The translations under genes and the position numbers were made by a program. A model generated the notes under the pieces. It saw only the letters and a program-made list of their open reading frames with translations. It made no database searches and had not been told where the DNA came from. A stretch of DNA of 63,407 nt, filler included, from Nemertoderma westbladi (Eukaryota; Animalia; Xenacoelomorpha), in NCBI GenBank assembly GCA_032718475.1. It is 3 parts of 3 records of this genome, joined end to end, with 100 filler letters (N's around TTAATTAATTAA, not from the genome) between each part and the next. Parts side by side here need not be neighbours in the genome. Positions count along the whole stretch, not along the records: positions 25,137 to 53,524 come from JAUCBJ010004399.1; positions 53,625 to 63,407 come from JAUCBJ010002653.1; 1 more part is not named here. One strand, written 5' to 3'. How positions within the stretch are numbered: position 1 is the first letter of the stretch; each line of letters opens with the position of its first letter. This document shows, piece by piece, positions 48,601 through 60,530 of the stretch.

Positions 48601-51600
48601 ACCGACCCCAGAGGGTCGCCGCCTCCAGGTAAGAGTTACACCGAACCCAGAGGGTCGCCGCCTCCCCTCCAGGTAAGAGTTACACCGACCCCAGAGGGTC
48701 GCCGCCTCCAGGTAAGAGTTACACCGACCCCAGAGGGTCGCCGCCTCCAGGTAAGAGTTACACCGACCCCAGAGGGTCGCCGCCTCCAGGTAAGAGTTAC
48801 ACCGACCCCAGAGGGTCGCCGCCTCCAGGTAAGAGTTACACCGAACCCAGAGGGTCGCCGCCTCCAGGTAAGAGTTACACCGACCCCAGGGGTCCCCCCA
48901 GGGTCGCCGCCTCCCCTCCAGGTAAGAGTTACACCGACCCCAGAGGGTCGCCGCCTCCAGGTAAGAGTTACACCGAACCCAGAGGGTCGCCGCCTCCAGG
49001 TAAGAGTTACACCGAACCCAGAGGGTCGCCGCCTCCAGGTAAGAGTTACACCGACCCCAGAGGGTCGCCGCCTCCAGGTAAGAGTTACACCGACCCCAGA
49101 GGGTCGCCGCCTCCAGGTAAGAGTTACACCGACCCCAGAGGGTCGCCGCCTCCAGGTAAGAGTTACACCGAACCCAGAGGGTCGCCGCCTCCAGGTAAGA
49201 GTTACACCGAACCCAGAGGGTCGCCGCCTCCAGGTAAGAGTTACACCGACCCCAGAGGGTCGCCGCCTCCAGGTAAGAGTTACACCGACCCCAGAGGGTC
49301 GCCGCCTCCAGGTAAGAGTTACACCGACCCCAGAGGGTCGCCGCCTCCAGGTAAGAGTTACACCGAACCCAGAGGGTCGCCGCCTCCAGGTAAGAGTTAC
49401 ACCGAACCCAGAGGGTCGCCGCCTCCAGGTAAGAGTTACACCGACCCCAGAGGGTCGCCGCCTCCAGGTAAGAGTTACACCGACCCCAGAGGGTCGCCGA
49501 CCTCCCCTCCAGGTAAGAGTTACACCGACCCCAGAGGGTCGCCGCCTCCATGTAAGAGTTACACCGACCCCAGAGGGTCGCCGCCTCCAGGTAAGAGTTA
49601 CACCGAACCCAGAGGGTCGCCGCCTCCAGGTAAGAGTTACACCGACCCCAGAGGGTCGCCGCCTCCAGCTAAGAGTTACACCGAACCCAGAGGGTCGCCG
49701 CCTCCAGGTAAGAGTTACTCCGAACCCAGAGGGTCGCCGCCTCCAGGTAAGAGTTACACCGACCCCAGAGGGTCGCCGACTCCAGGTAAGAGTTACACCG
49801 ACCCCAGAGGGTCGCCGCCTCCAGGTAAGAGTTACACCGAACCCAGAGGGTCGCCGCCTCCAGGTAAGAGTTACACCAACCCCAGAGGGTCACCGCCTCC
49901 AGGTAAAAGTTACACCGACCCCAGAGGGTCGCCGACTCCAGGTAAGAGTTACACCGACCCCAGAGGGTCGCCGCCTCCAGGTAAGAGTTACACCGACCCC
50001 AGAGGGTCGCCGCCTCCAGGTAAGAGTTACACCGAACCCAGGGGGTCGCCGCCTCCCCTCCAGGTAAGAGTTACACCGAACCCAGAGGGTCGCCGCCTCC
50101 AGTTAAGAGTTACACCGACCCCAGAGGGTCGCCGCCTCCAGGTAAGAGTTACACCGAACCCAGAGGGTCACCTCCTCCAGGTAAGAGTTACACTGACCCC
50201 AGAGGGTCGCCGCCTCCAGGTAAGAGTTACACCGAACCCAGAGGGTCGCCGCCTCCCCTCCAGGTAAGAGTTACACCGACCCCAGAGGGTCGCCGCCTCC
50301 AGGTAAGAGTTACACCGACCCCAGAGGGTCGCCGCCTCCAGGTAAGAGTTACACCGAACCCAGAGGGTCGCCGCCTCCAGGTAAGAGTTACACCGATCCC
50401 AGAGGGTCGCCGCCTCCAGGTAAGAGTTACACTGACCCCAGATGGTCACCGCCTCCAGGTAAGAGTTACACCGACCCCAGAGGGTCGCCGCCTCCCCTCC
50501 AAGTAAGAGTTACACCGACCCCAGAGGGTCGCCGCCTCCAGGTAAGAGTTACACCGACCCCAGAGGGTCGCCGCCTCCAGGTAAGAGTTACACCGAACCC
50601 AGAGGGTCGCCGCCTCCAGGTAAGAGTTACACTGACCCCAGATGGTCACCGCCTCCAGGTAAGAGTTACACCGACCCCAGAGGGTCGCCGCCTCCCCTCC
50701 AAGTAAGAGTTACACCGACCCCAGAGGGTCGCCGCCTCCAGGTAAGAGTTACACCGACCCCAGAGGGTCGCCGCCTCCAGGTAAGAGTTACACCGAACCC
50801 AGAGGGTCGCCGCCTCCAGGTAAGAGTTACACTGACCCCAGATGGTCACCGCCTCCAGGTAAGAGTTACACCGACCCCAGAGGGTCGCCGCCTCCCCTCC
50901 AAGTAAGAGTTACACCGACCCCAGAGGGTCGCCGCCTCCAGGTAAGAGTTACACCGACCCCAGAGGGACGCCGCCTCCAGGTAAGAGTTACACCGAACCC
51001 AGAGGGTCGCCGCCTCCCCTCCAGGTAACCTGCTGTTTTGTGTGACCACTATTCGCTAATAATTGCTGCTGTACTGTGTGACCACTATCCTCGCTAATAA
51101 TTGCTGCTGTACTGTGTGACCATGACCACTATGCTCGCTAATAATTGCTGCTGTTTTGTGTGACCACTATGTTCGCTAATAATTGCTGCTGTACTGTGTG
51201 ACCACTATGATCTCTAATAATTGCTGCTGTTTTGTGTGACCACTATGTTCTCTAATAATTGCTGCTGTTTTGTGTGACCACTATGCTCGCTAATAATTGC
51301 TGCTGTACTGTGTGACCATGACCACTATGTTCGCTAATAATTGCTGCTGTTTTGTGTGACCACTATGTTCGCTAATAATTGCTGCTGTTCTGTGTGACCA
51401 CTATGTTCTCTAATAATTGCTGCTGTTTTGTGTGACCACTATCCTCGCTAATAATTGCTGCTGTACTGTGTGACCATGACCACTATGCTCGCTAATAATT
51501 GCTGCTGTTTTGTGTGACCACTATGTTCGCTAAGAATTGCTGCTGTACTGTGTGACCACTATGATCGCTAATAATTGCTGCTGTTTTGTGTGACCACTAT

Positions 51601-53524
51601 GTTCTCTAATAATTGCTGCTGTTTTGTGTGACCACCATCCTCGCTAATAATTGCTGCTGTACTGTGTGACCATGACCACTATGCTCGCTAATAATTGCTG
51701 CTGTTTTGTGTGACCACTATCCTCGCTAATAATTGCTGCTGTTCTGTGTGACCACTATGTTCGCTAATAATTGCTGCTGTTTTGTGTGACCACTATGTTC
51801 GCTAATAATTGCTGCTGTTCTGTGTGACCGCTATGCTCGCTAATAATTGCTGCTGTTTTGTGTGACCACTATGTTCGCTAATAATTGCTGCTGTTCACTG
51901 TATGACCGCTATGTTCGCTAATAATTGCTGCTGTTTTGTGTGACCACTATGTTCGCTAATAATTGCTGCTGTTCTATGTGACCGCTATGTTCGCTAATAA
52001 TTGCTGCTGTTCTGTGTGACCACTATGTTCGCTAATAATTGCTGCTGTTCTGTGTGACCACTATGTTCGCTAATAATTGCTGCTGTACTGTGTGACCACT
52101 ATGTTCGCTAATAATTGCTGCTGTTCTGTGTGACCACTATGCTCGCTAATAATTGCTGCTGCACTGTGTGACCGCTATGCTCGCTAATAATTGCTGCTGT
52201 TGTGTGTGTCCAGACCACTATGTTCGCTAATAATTGCTGCTGTACTGTGTGACCACTATGTTCGCTAATAATTGCTGCTGTTCTGTGTGACCACTATGTT
52301 CGCTAATAATTGCTGCTGTTCTGTGTGACCACTATCCTCGCTAATAATTGCTGCTGTACTGTGTGACCATGACCACTATGTTCGCTAATAATTGCTGCAG
52401 TACTGTGTGACCACTATGTTCGCTAATAATTGCTGCAGTACTGTATGACCACTATGTTTGCTAATAATTGCTGCAGTACTGTATGACCACTATGTTCGCT
52501 AATAATTACTGCTGTACTGTATGACCACTATGTTCGCTAATAATTGCTGCAGTACTGTGTGACCACTATGTTCACTAATAATTGCTGCTGTACTGTGTGA
52601 CCACTATGTTCGCTAATAATTGCTGCAGTACTGTGTGACCACTATGTTCGCTAATAATTGCTTCTGTACTGTGTGACCACTATGTTCACTAATAATTACT
52701 GCTGTACTGAATGACCACTATGTTCGCTAATAATTGCTGCAGTACTGTGTGACCACTATGTTCACTAATAATTACTGCTGTACTGTATGGCCACTATGTT
52801 CGCTAATAATTGCTGCAGTACTGTATGACCACTATGTTCGCTAATAATTGCTGCAGTGCTGTATGACCACTATGTTCGCTAATAATTGCTGCAGTACTGT
52901 GTGACCACTATGTTCACTAATAATTACTGCTGTACTGTATCGCCACTATGTTCGCTAATAATTGCTGCAGTACTGTATGACAACTATGTTCACTAATAAT
53001 TACTGCTGTACTGTATGACCACTATGTTCGCTAATAATTGCTGCAGTACTGTATGACCACTATGTTCGCTAATAATTACTGCTGTACTGTATGACCACTA
53101 TGTTCGCTAATAATTGCTGCAGTACTGTGTGGCCACTATGTTCGCTAATAATTGCTGCAGTACTGTGTGACCACTATGTTCGCTAATAATTGCTGCTGTA
53201 CTGTGTGACCATTATGTTCACTAATAATTACTGCTGTACTGTATGACCAGACCACTATGTTCGCTAATAATTGCTGCAGTACTGTGTGACCACTATGTTC
53301 GCTAATAATTGCTGCAGTACTGAATGACCACTATGTTTGCTAATAATTGCTGCAGTACTGTATGACCACTATGTTCGCTAATAATTACTGCTGTTCTGTA
53401 TGACCACTATGTTCGCTAATAATTGCTGCTGTTCTGTATGACCACTATGTTCGCTGTTCTGCCTTTCAGGGTTTGTCGCAGATCCGGAGTTCTCTCACAC
53501 GAGTTCCTTCTCCAGTGTCAGTGG
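30617..53524 (+). CDS. MAP3K2/3: MEKK2/MEKK3-family MAP kinase kinase kinase, 5' part; join(30617-30620,33141-33303,34396-34534,35169-35457,53470->53524)
   Basis: All junctions are GT-AG and phase-compatible. Spliced product: MDKDTAINSILTDLVAVYRQ...LIRVKFEFNGERRVIQLPQPLRLSELNAKIKAIYNQPLDIHYCTGDLVTPLTCQRHVDQAMILQANNLHARSLRLYLT...RGSPPPGFVADPEFSHTSSFSSVSG. This matches the recalled MEKK2/3 N-terminus (ALNSIM.DL), PB1 domain (VRVKFEH.GEKRI...LDKA) and SPPPGY.PD...SFTSI motif. The kinase domain lies beyond the contig end. Confidence 0.9.
30956..31167. mobile_element. ~212-bp MITE with 8-bp TSD in MAP3K2/3 intron 1
   Basis: Imperfect TIR aatggcgcgaaatgaccgcaa / ttgcggtcaaagtgcgccact; gaatttag at 30948-30955 and 31168-31175. 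Confidence 0.65.
31600..32905 (+). mobile_element. RTE-clade LINE reverse transcriptase fragment (frameshifted, truncated) in intron 1
   Basis: NNKASGLDGIPAEVWK, SQNGFRP..STIAQI, FVDFKKAF.SIHR, GVLQGDTLAPLLF, DTDFADDIALL, GLHINATKTE. Confidence 0.88.
33141..33303 (+). CDS. MAP3K2/3: MAP3K2/3 coding exon 2 (start of PB1 domain)
   Basis: tttacag| ... DKDTAINSILTDLVAV...LIRVKFEFNGER |gtacc; phases 1 and 2. Confidence 0.88.
33840..34140 (-). mobile_element. tRNA-derived SINE in MAP3K2/3 intron 2
   Basis: Minus strand has A box TGGTGTAGTGG (duplicated), B box GGTTCGATCC, a central tctgccttgcatcctt...taaatgagtac core, a LINE-like tail gggaccgcactggaaataag and aataaa with an (tttact)n end. Confidence 0.75.
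34396..34534 (+). CDS. MAP3K2/3: MAP3K2/3 coding exon 3 (PB1 core)
   Basis: ctctag| VIQLPQPLRLSELNAKIKAIYNQPLDIHYCTGDLVTPLTCQRHVDQ |gtaaga; phases 2 and 0. Confidence 0.9.
35169..35457 (+). CDS. MAP3K2/3: MAP3K2/3 coding exon 4 (end of PB1 to SPPP-G)
   Basis: ttttccatag| AMILQANNLHARSLRLYLT...RCYTDPRGSPPP G|gtaaga; 289 nt, phases 0 and 1. The first donor is assumed. Confidence 0.85.
35425..51028 (+). repeat. 39-bp satellite, ~400 copies (15.6 kb), derived from the exon 4 3' end plus splice donor
   Basis: Unit gttacaccga(c/a)cccagagggtcgccgcctccaggtaaga; the first copy is the coding end of exon 4 and the last ends ccag|gtaacc. Confidence 0.98.
51031..53456 (+). repeat. 38-bp satellite, ~64 copies, filling the 3' part of intron 4
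   Basis: Unit tgctgctgttctgtgtgaccactatgttcgctaataat; runs directly into gttctgcctttcag. Confidence 0.97.
53470..53524 (+). CDS. MAP3K2/3: MAP3K2/3 coding exon 5 (partial, cut by contig end)
   Basis: ttctgcctttcag|GG TTT GTC GCA GAT CCG GAG... = (G)FVADPEFSHTSSFSSVS; phase 1 matches exon 4. Confidence 0.85.
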
Positions 53525-53624
53525 NNNNNNNNNNNNNNNNNNNNNNNNNNNNNNNNNNNNNNNNNNNNTTAATTAATTAANNNNNNNNNNNNNNNNNNNN
53601 NNNNNNNNNNNNNNNNNNNNNNNN
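53525..53624. other. Assembly gap / artificial contig spacer
   Basis: N44-TTAATTAATTAA-N44. Confidence 0.98.
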
Positions 53625-54200
53625 GCAATGATGCTTGAAAATATATACAACAAATTATTTCAAAGTCAATGACACTAACTATGTATTTCAACAAGGCACA
53701 CAAATAACTACTATATTTACTAAATGGAAAACAAGTGGTACTTTTTTCCAGCCCCTACCCCGAGATGTATAAGTTTATTTTTCTCACATCGGGAGAAAAA
53801 TTGCAATTTCCTGAAACTAAATCTGAAGAGTGGGATAGAAAGGCAATATTAAGAATAACTATTTATATCACGCTGCATAAAGTACCACTTTATAGAAAAA
53901 CAGTTGGTTGGTACTTGATTATTTATACGTAATTTTATTCAAAAATTGCAATGTTTATTTTTGAGTGATAAATGTTCATTCATCACTTCGGCACATCGCA
54001 GATCGCCCGAAACACAGGAGACGACAACTACAACTGGAATTCCGAACCAACCAACAGTCTACTGGGACTGAGATTGCTTCTACCCATCGTTTGAACTTCT
54101 TCTATATGCTAAACCATAAGTAAACAGGACGCCGACTTCCGCTCGTAGGAATCGTTGACTCGATGATTCGTGGACACTTTTGGAGACGCTATCCGAACTT

Positions 54201-54305
54201 TTACCAGATTCCGCAGTTCCGGGTTACTATGTTGACAACATCCATGACGCTTGCCAGAAATTGATCACTCTTCTCCTCCTGGAGGTTTGACTTTGGAAAA
54301 TTAAT
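54201..54305 (-). CDS. Possible terminal coding exon of an unidentified gene (INFPKSNLQEEKSDQFLASVMDVVNIVTRNCGIW*)
   Basis: Minus-strand acceptor tgtttttcag, GC-richer island, and downstream AATAAA at ~53933 and ~53954. No family recognised. Confidence 0.35.
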   Translation of the reverse strand: MNFPKSNLQEEKSDQFLASVMDVVNIVTRNCGIW

Positions 54306-54382
54306 CTGAAAAACATTATAGATAAATACATTAAAGATACAATAAATGAAACATAATAAAGATATAAAGAATGCAGTCTATC

Positions 54383-56492
54383 TTACCCAAACGCCACCCA
54401 AACGGCATTCTACCTTACCCAAACGCCATTCTAACATACCCAAACGCCACCCAAACGGCATTCCAACATACCCAAACGCCACCCAAACGCTATTCTAACA
54501 TACCCAAACACCACTCAAACGGCATTCTAACATACCCAAACGCCACCCAAACGGCATTCTACTTTACCCAAACGCCACTCAAACGGCATTCAAACATACC
54601 CAAATGCCACCAAAACGGCATTCAACCTTACCCAAACGGCATTCTAACATACCCAAACGCCAGCCAAACGGCATTCTAACATACTCAAACACCACCCAAA
54701 CGGCATTATAACATACCCAAACGCCACCCAAACGGCATTCTAACATACTCAAACGCCACCCAAACAGCATTCTACCTTACCCAAACGCCACTCAAACGGC
54801 ATTCTAACATACACAAACGCCACCCAAACGGCATTCTAACATACCCAAACGCCACCCAAACGGCATTCTAACATACCCAAACGCCACCCAAACGGCATTC
54901 TAACATACCCAAACGCCACCCAAACGGCATTCTAACATACCCAAACGCCACTCAAACGGCATTCTACCTTACCCAAACGCCACTCAAACGGCATTCTAAC
55001 ATACCCAAACGCCACTCAAACGGCATTCTAACATACCCAAACGCCACTCAAACGGCATTATACCTTACCCAAACGCCACTCAAACGGCATTCAAACATAC
55101 CCAAACGCACACCCAAACGGCATTCTAACATACCCAAATGCCACCAAAACGGCATTCAACCTTACCCAAACGCCAGTCAAACGGCATTCTAACATACCCA
55201 AACGCGATCCTAACATACCCAAACGCCACTCAAACGGCATTCTACCTACCTACCCAAACGCCACTCAAACGGCATTCTAACATACCCAAACGCCACTCAA
55301 ACGGCATTCTACCTTACCCAAACGCCACTCAAACGGCATTCAAACATACCCAAACGCACACCCAAACGGCATTCTAACATACCCAAATGCCACCAAAACG
55401 GCATTCAACCTTACCCAAACGCCAGTCAAACGGCATTCTAACATACCCAAACGCCAGTCAAACGGCATTCTAACATACCCAAACGCGATCCTAACATACC
55501 CAAACGCCACCCAAACGGCATTCTAACATACTCAAACACCACCCAAACGGCATTATAACATACCCAAACGGCATTCTAACATACTCAAACGCCACCCAAA
55601 CAGCATTCTACCTTACCCAAACGCCACTCAAACGGCATTCTAACATACACAAACGCCACCCAAACGGCATTCTAACATACCCAAACGCCACCCAAACGGC
55701 ATACTAACATACCCAAACGCCACCCAAACGGCATTCTAACATACCCAAACGCCACCCAAACGGCATTCTAACATACCCAAACGCCACTCAAACGGCATTC
55801 TACCTTACCCAAACGTCATTCTATCATACCCAAACGCCACCCAAACGGCATTCTAACATACCCAAACGGCATTCTACCTTACCCAAACGCCACTCAAACG
55901 GCATTCTAACATAGCCAAACGCCACCCAAACGGCATTCAACCTTACCCAAACGCCACTCAAACGGCATTCTAACATACCCAAACGGCATTCTAACATACC
56001 CAAACGCCACCCAAACGGCATTCTAACATACCCAAACGCCACCCAAACGGCATTCTAACATACCCAAACGCCACCCAAACGGCATTCTAACATACCCAAA
56101 CGCCACTCAAACGGCATTATAACATAACCAAACGCCACCCAAACGGCATTCTAACATACCCAAACGGCATTCTACCTTACCCAAACGCCACTCAAACGGC
56201 ATTCTAACATACCCAAACGCCACCCAAACGGCATTCTAACATACCCAAACGCCACCCAAACGGCATTCTAACATACTCAAACGCTACCCAAACGGCATTC
56301 TAACATACCCAAACGCCACCCAAACGGCATTCTAACATACCCAAACGGCATTCTAACATACTCAAACGCTACCCAAACGGCATTATAACATACCCAAACG
56401 CCACCCAAACGGAATTCTACCTTACCCAAACGCCACTCAAACAAACGGCATTCTAACATACCCAAACGCCACCCAAACGGCATTCTAACATA
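54383..56492. repeat. 32-bp satellite (acccaaacgccacccaaacggcattctaacat) with some 21-bp shortened units
   Basis: Directly visible over ~2.1 kb; inverted gtttgggt-type copies at 56683-56780. Confidence 0.95.
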
Positions 56493-56883
56493 CTTATACG
56501 CCAGCATGTTTACAGTCAGACAGTAAGCTATTCTACATACCAATCTGCTGGTACCGTATTTCAGTATTCTGGTATTTGGTAGGTACCGGTTAATTTCACC
56601 GTTTACCTATTGACTCAACTGATTTAGGATGCCAGGGAGTACCCTATAGGAGGGTAATTTTCATCCGGCAGTTCAATTTTAATGCCGTTTGGGTACCATT
56701 GGGTGCCGTTTGGGTGCCGATTGGGTGCGTTTGGGTGCCGTTTGGGTGCGTTTGGGTGCCGATTGGGTGCGTTTGGGTAATTAGTCATACCGGGTCTGAT
56801 ACCTACTGACATAAGCATGACTGAAACTGAAAAAATCAGAACAATAAAACAGAATAATACGTAATAATGGGTAAATCTTTTCG

Positions 56884-57103
56884 ACCTACGCGTAGGCCTA
56901 CGCGTAGCTACGCGTAGCTACGCGTAGTTTGTAACTTCCATTCCTGTCATTTACCGGTAGGGCCAGACTTACTGCCTTTTCAACAACTACGCGTAGGTGT
57001 TTTAAAACTACGCGTAGTTATTTTGGAACTACGCGTAGGTATTTTGAAACTACGCGTAGGTGCTACGCGTAGCTACGCGTAGGTGCTACGCGTAGCAGTC
57101 CTG
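56884..57103. repeat. Cluster of palindromic CTACGCGTAG decamers, probably subterminal repeats of a hAT-like MITE end
   Basis: About 11 copies of ctacgcgtag, ending gcagtcctg (CAGG terminus on the minus strand). Confidence 0.6.
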
Positions 57104-57294
57104 ATAACAATGATTTCTCATTTCAGGTCCGGTAGGGTTGAGTTGTTAGGGAAGTATCGGTATATGTCAGGTATCTGATTATCAGAATATATTAGCCCAG
57201 CAGCCAAGTGACACGTACAACCTTACCCTGTCGGGATCTCAGAGTCGATCCCATCATATCATATATCGACTGTTGACTGTAATACAGGTCTTAA

Positions 57295-57700
57295 CCCTAT
57301 TAGTACCGGGCTAGAAAAACATTGTACAAATATTGATTAATATTTGTTAATTGGTTAATATTGACCCCCCCCCCCCCCCCCCCCCCCCCCTCCTCCTCTA
57401 AAATCTACAAATCTTTACGAAAACGTCTGATTTTTTGTTTCTACGTAGGTATCACTGGTATCCAAAAAAAAAATTTAAGAAAAAATGTACTGGGGTGGTT
57501 ATATTGCAGCACCAAAATTACTAGTAGTGCACAATTTTCACAAAATTTGAAAGTTACATTTTTCGGCTAATTGTTTTTCTATACAATATATTTTTCTGGG
57601 GCGGAAAATACATTGGAAAATATTTAAAAATTATATGATTACTATAAATCGCTGTTTAGTCACAAATCACTTACTTTCTGATGTTCCTCAGAGAGAAACA
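57295..57700. mobile_element. End fragment of a non-autonomous piggyBac element (inverted copy of ~60195-60530)
   Basis: TTAA|ccctattagtaccgggcta...; ~350 bp of reverse-complement similarity to the right end of 58975-60530. Confidence 0.8.
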
Positions 57701-58974
57701 ACCCGGTGAATCGGTTTGAGGTAAATTCACGCGGCAGAACACGTTTACCCTCTCCAACCCTCACCACCGGTAGATTTAATGCGGTAGACAGCGTCCACGG
57801 GGACGGCAGGGATTGCCTGTAGCAGCCGCACAAACTGCGATCGCCCTTTAGGCCGCAACAAACGGTGCCACTGCAAACCTTCTTCATTGTCGTCTAAAAA
57901 AATTAAAATATATAAGTTTAGTTGTTAGTGTTGTATATGACGTGCAGGTGGGATTGAACTGGGTGTATTGCTATTTTTATTTACGTCTTTATTGGCCTCA
58001 CAATCTGCTGCATCTATGTTGGACCCTAGGGATTATAATAATCTCAAACCACTCAAAATATTTATAACCTTCATTATTCTTTAGAAAATTAAGTCTCCCG
58101 CCACGCCCATCCCCATCATTAAATGTTACTTATTATGTATTATGTCAATAATTATTGTATGAGTGCCTGTCGAATTAATAGTTTGATAAAAATTAAATAT
58201 TAACATCAACATACCCCTGTTACTTTCAGCAATGCTTTATACTATTAACCCTATTCCACCTGGGCTCTTTTGTCCGAGATTCCACCTGGGGTTGGGCATA
58301 ATATGCCCAACAGTTTATTATACACTAAAAAGTAATGATAATTTTATCAAAACTTTCCAAATTTTCGCAGGTTTATAGAAAAATATATACTGCATCTGTT
58401 CTGAGTTTTATATATTCATAATTTTAAATAATATATCCATATAAATTAATTATCATGAAGATAACCCATTATAGTAAAAATATGAGATAATACTATACAT
58501 ACTCCTCCCAACACCACTGTCTGCCTAACTCTGCCAGACATCCCAAGTGAAAATTTTGCTTGCAGGGGTGCTGTTATTGAATAGATTTATTCACCTCTGT
58601 TTATGTCTGCTGTATTACATTAGGAATATACTGGTTTCTCAATAATTTAATAATCAAAGTTTCATAATAGCTATCGAGCGAATAACTATTGAGATTGCGT
58701 GTTCCCAACGCAACCCCTATTTAAAGGGTCAAGGCTTCAATAATTCTAAAATATTATTAAATAAACAATGTACTGTAAGTGTAGACTGCCCGCTGGGGGA
58801 ATGCTTTAAATGAAACAAGTAGTAATCCCCCCTATTAGGATTTAATTTTATTTTTCTAGAATAAGAAATTGAGCAACAAAATAGAATTAAACAATAAACA
58901 GTTTACCGAAAAAAACTTTGATAAATTTGAACTAGAGAAAATTTCACAGCAAATTACAGGTCAAAGTTGCTTAA

Positions 58975-60530
58975 CCCTATTAAACCCGGGGGGGGGGGTC
59001 AATATGACCCCTCCCATGGTTTTTTTATTATAATTCTGAAACAAACGCAGTTGGGAATCTGAAATTTTATGACTTTTCCTAAAAATCTATTGTCTTCCTA
59101 GTAGTGAAAACCGTTTTCAAAAATATTGGGTACTTTTCGAGTTATAGCGCCATTTTTTAACCCTACTTTTGGCACTTTTTTTGAGACGTTTTTTGAAAAT
59201 TACATTTCATTAAATATGAATTGTAACATCTCTATTTTTTATTTACACGGGTTTTTTGGTGTTAGAAATTTGATGGAATTCATATAAATTGATTTAGAAA
59301 TTTTAAACTTGTTTTTTTCGGTGGGTGCCAAATTTTGGTGCCAGCACCAAATTTTGAAATATGTCAATTTTGTAAATTGATCGTTTGAAACTTGTTTTTT
59401 ACGCAATTGGGGTTTTTTGGGTTTCTGGATTCGAAGAAATATATACGAGTTGCACGAAGCGTATCAAACTTGTATTTTTCGGTGCTGTGTGCAAATTTTG
59501 GTGCTAGCACGAAATTTTGAAAATCCATTCAATAGATAAAATTGCTTGTGAGAATTTATTTCTTGCGTTTTAGAGGTTTATGGCTGTTCTGAATTCAATG
59601 GAAAATATAATTATCGAACTAGACATCTCAAACTTGTATTTTTCGGATGTGGGTGCAAAATGTGGTGCTAGCACCAAATTTTGAAAACCATCAAATATAT
59701 AAATTGATTGTGTCACCTTGTTTCTTGCGTTATACGGGTTTGTGATGGTTCTGAATTCAATGAAATCAGTAAAAATTTCATAAGAGTTGTCAAACTTGTA
59801 TTTTTCGCCGGTGGGTGAAAATTGATGTGCCAGCACCAAATTTTGGAAAATATGCAAATTGATAAGTAGATAGTATCACCTTGTTTCTTGCGTTATACGG
59901 GTTTATGAGGGTCCTGAATCCGATGGAATCAATAAAAACTGCACTGGACATCGCAAACTTGTACTTTTTGGTGATGGGTACGAAATTTGGTGCTAGCACC
60001 AAAATTTGCCAAATTACGGCGAAAAATACAAGTAGCAATGATCTAGCATATTAGAAATGTATTCCATTAGAATCAGCGCCCTCAAAAACCTGAAAATGTG
60101 AATTTATAGCATCGTATAAGTGAATTAAAAATTTTGTGTTCTAACTGAAAAGTGCTGGTTACTTGTTTTTTTCATTTTTTTCCTACGCAGAGAGGACTAA
60201 ACAGCTATTTATAGTAATCATATCATTTTTTAATATTTTCCAATGTATTTTACACCCCAGAAAACCTGTATTGAAAAATAATTAGCCGAAAATGTAACTT
60301 TCAAATTTGGTGAAAATTGTGCACTACTTGTAATTTTGGTGCTGCAATATAACCACCCCAGTACATTTTTTCGAAAATTTTTTTTTTCGGTCGGATCCAG
60401 ACAAGTGATACCTACGTACAAACAAAAAATCAGACGTTTTCGTAAATATTTGTAGATTTTAGAGGGGGGGGGGTCAATATGACCCCCTCCCGGTATTTGT
60501 ACAACATTTTATAGCCCGGTACTAATAGGG
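58975..60530. mobile_element. Non-autonomous piggyBac element with TTAA TSD and internal ~170-bp tandem repeats
   Basis: TTAA|ccctatta...taataggg|TTAA; ggggtcaatatgacccc palindromes near both ends; about 5 copies of aaacttgtatttttcgg...ggtgctagcaccaaatttt at ~59300-60010. Confidence 0.88.

Noticed and set aside
35425-51028. CRISPR-like array (39-bp repeat with hairpin)
   Set aside because: Units are head-to-tail with no unique spacers, there are no cas genes, and the context is a eukaryotic intron.
35344-51049. Long ORFs in the satellite (e.g. 35344-37266, 47992-50067, 47929-49551)
   Set aside because: By-products of a stop-poor 39-bp unit; only the exon 4 frame up to 36206 has any coding rationale.
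54371-56818. Short ORFs within the 32-bp satellite
   Set aside because: Repeat-derived, frequently interrupted, no domain signal.
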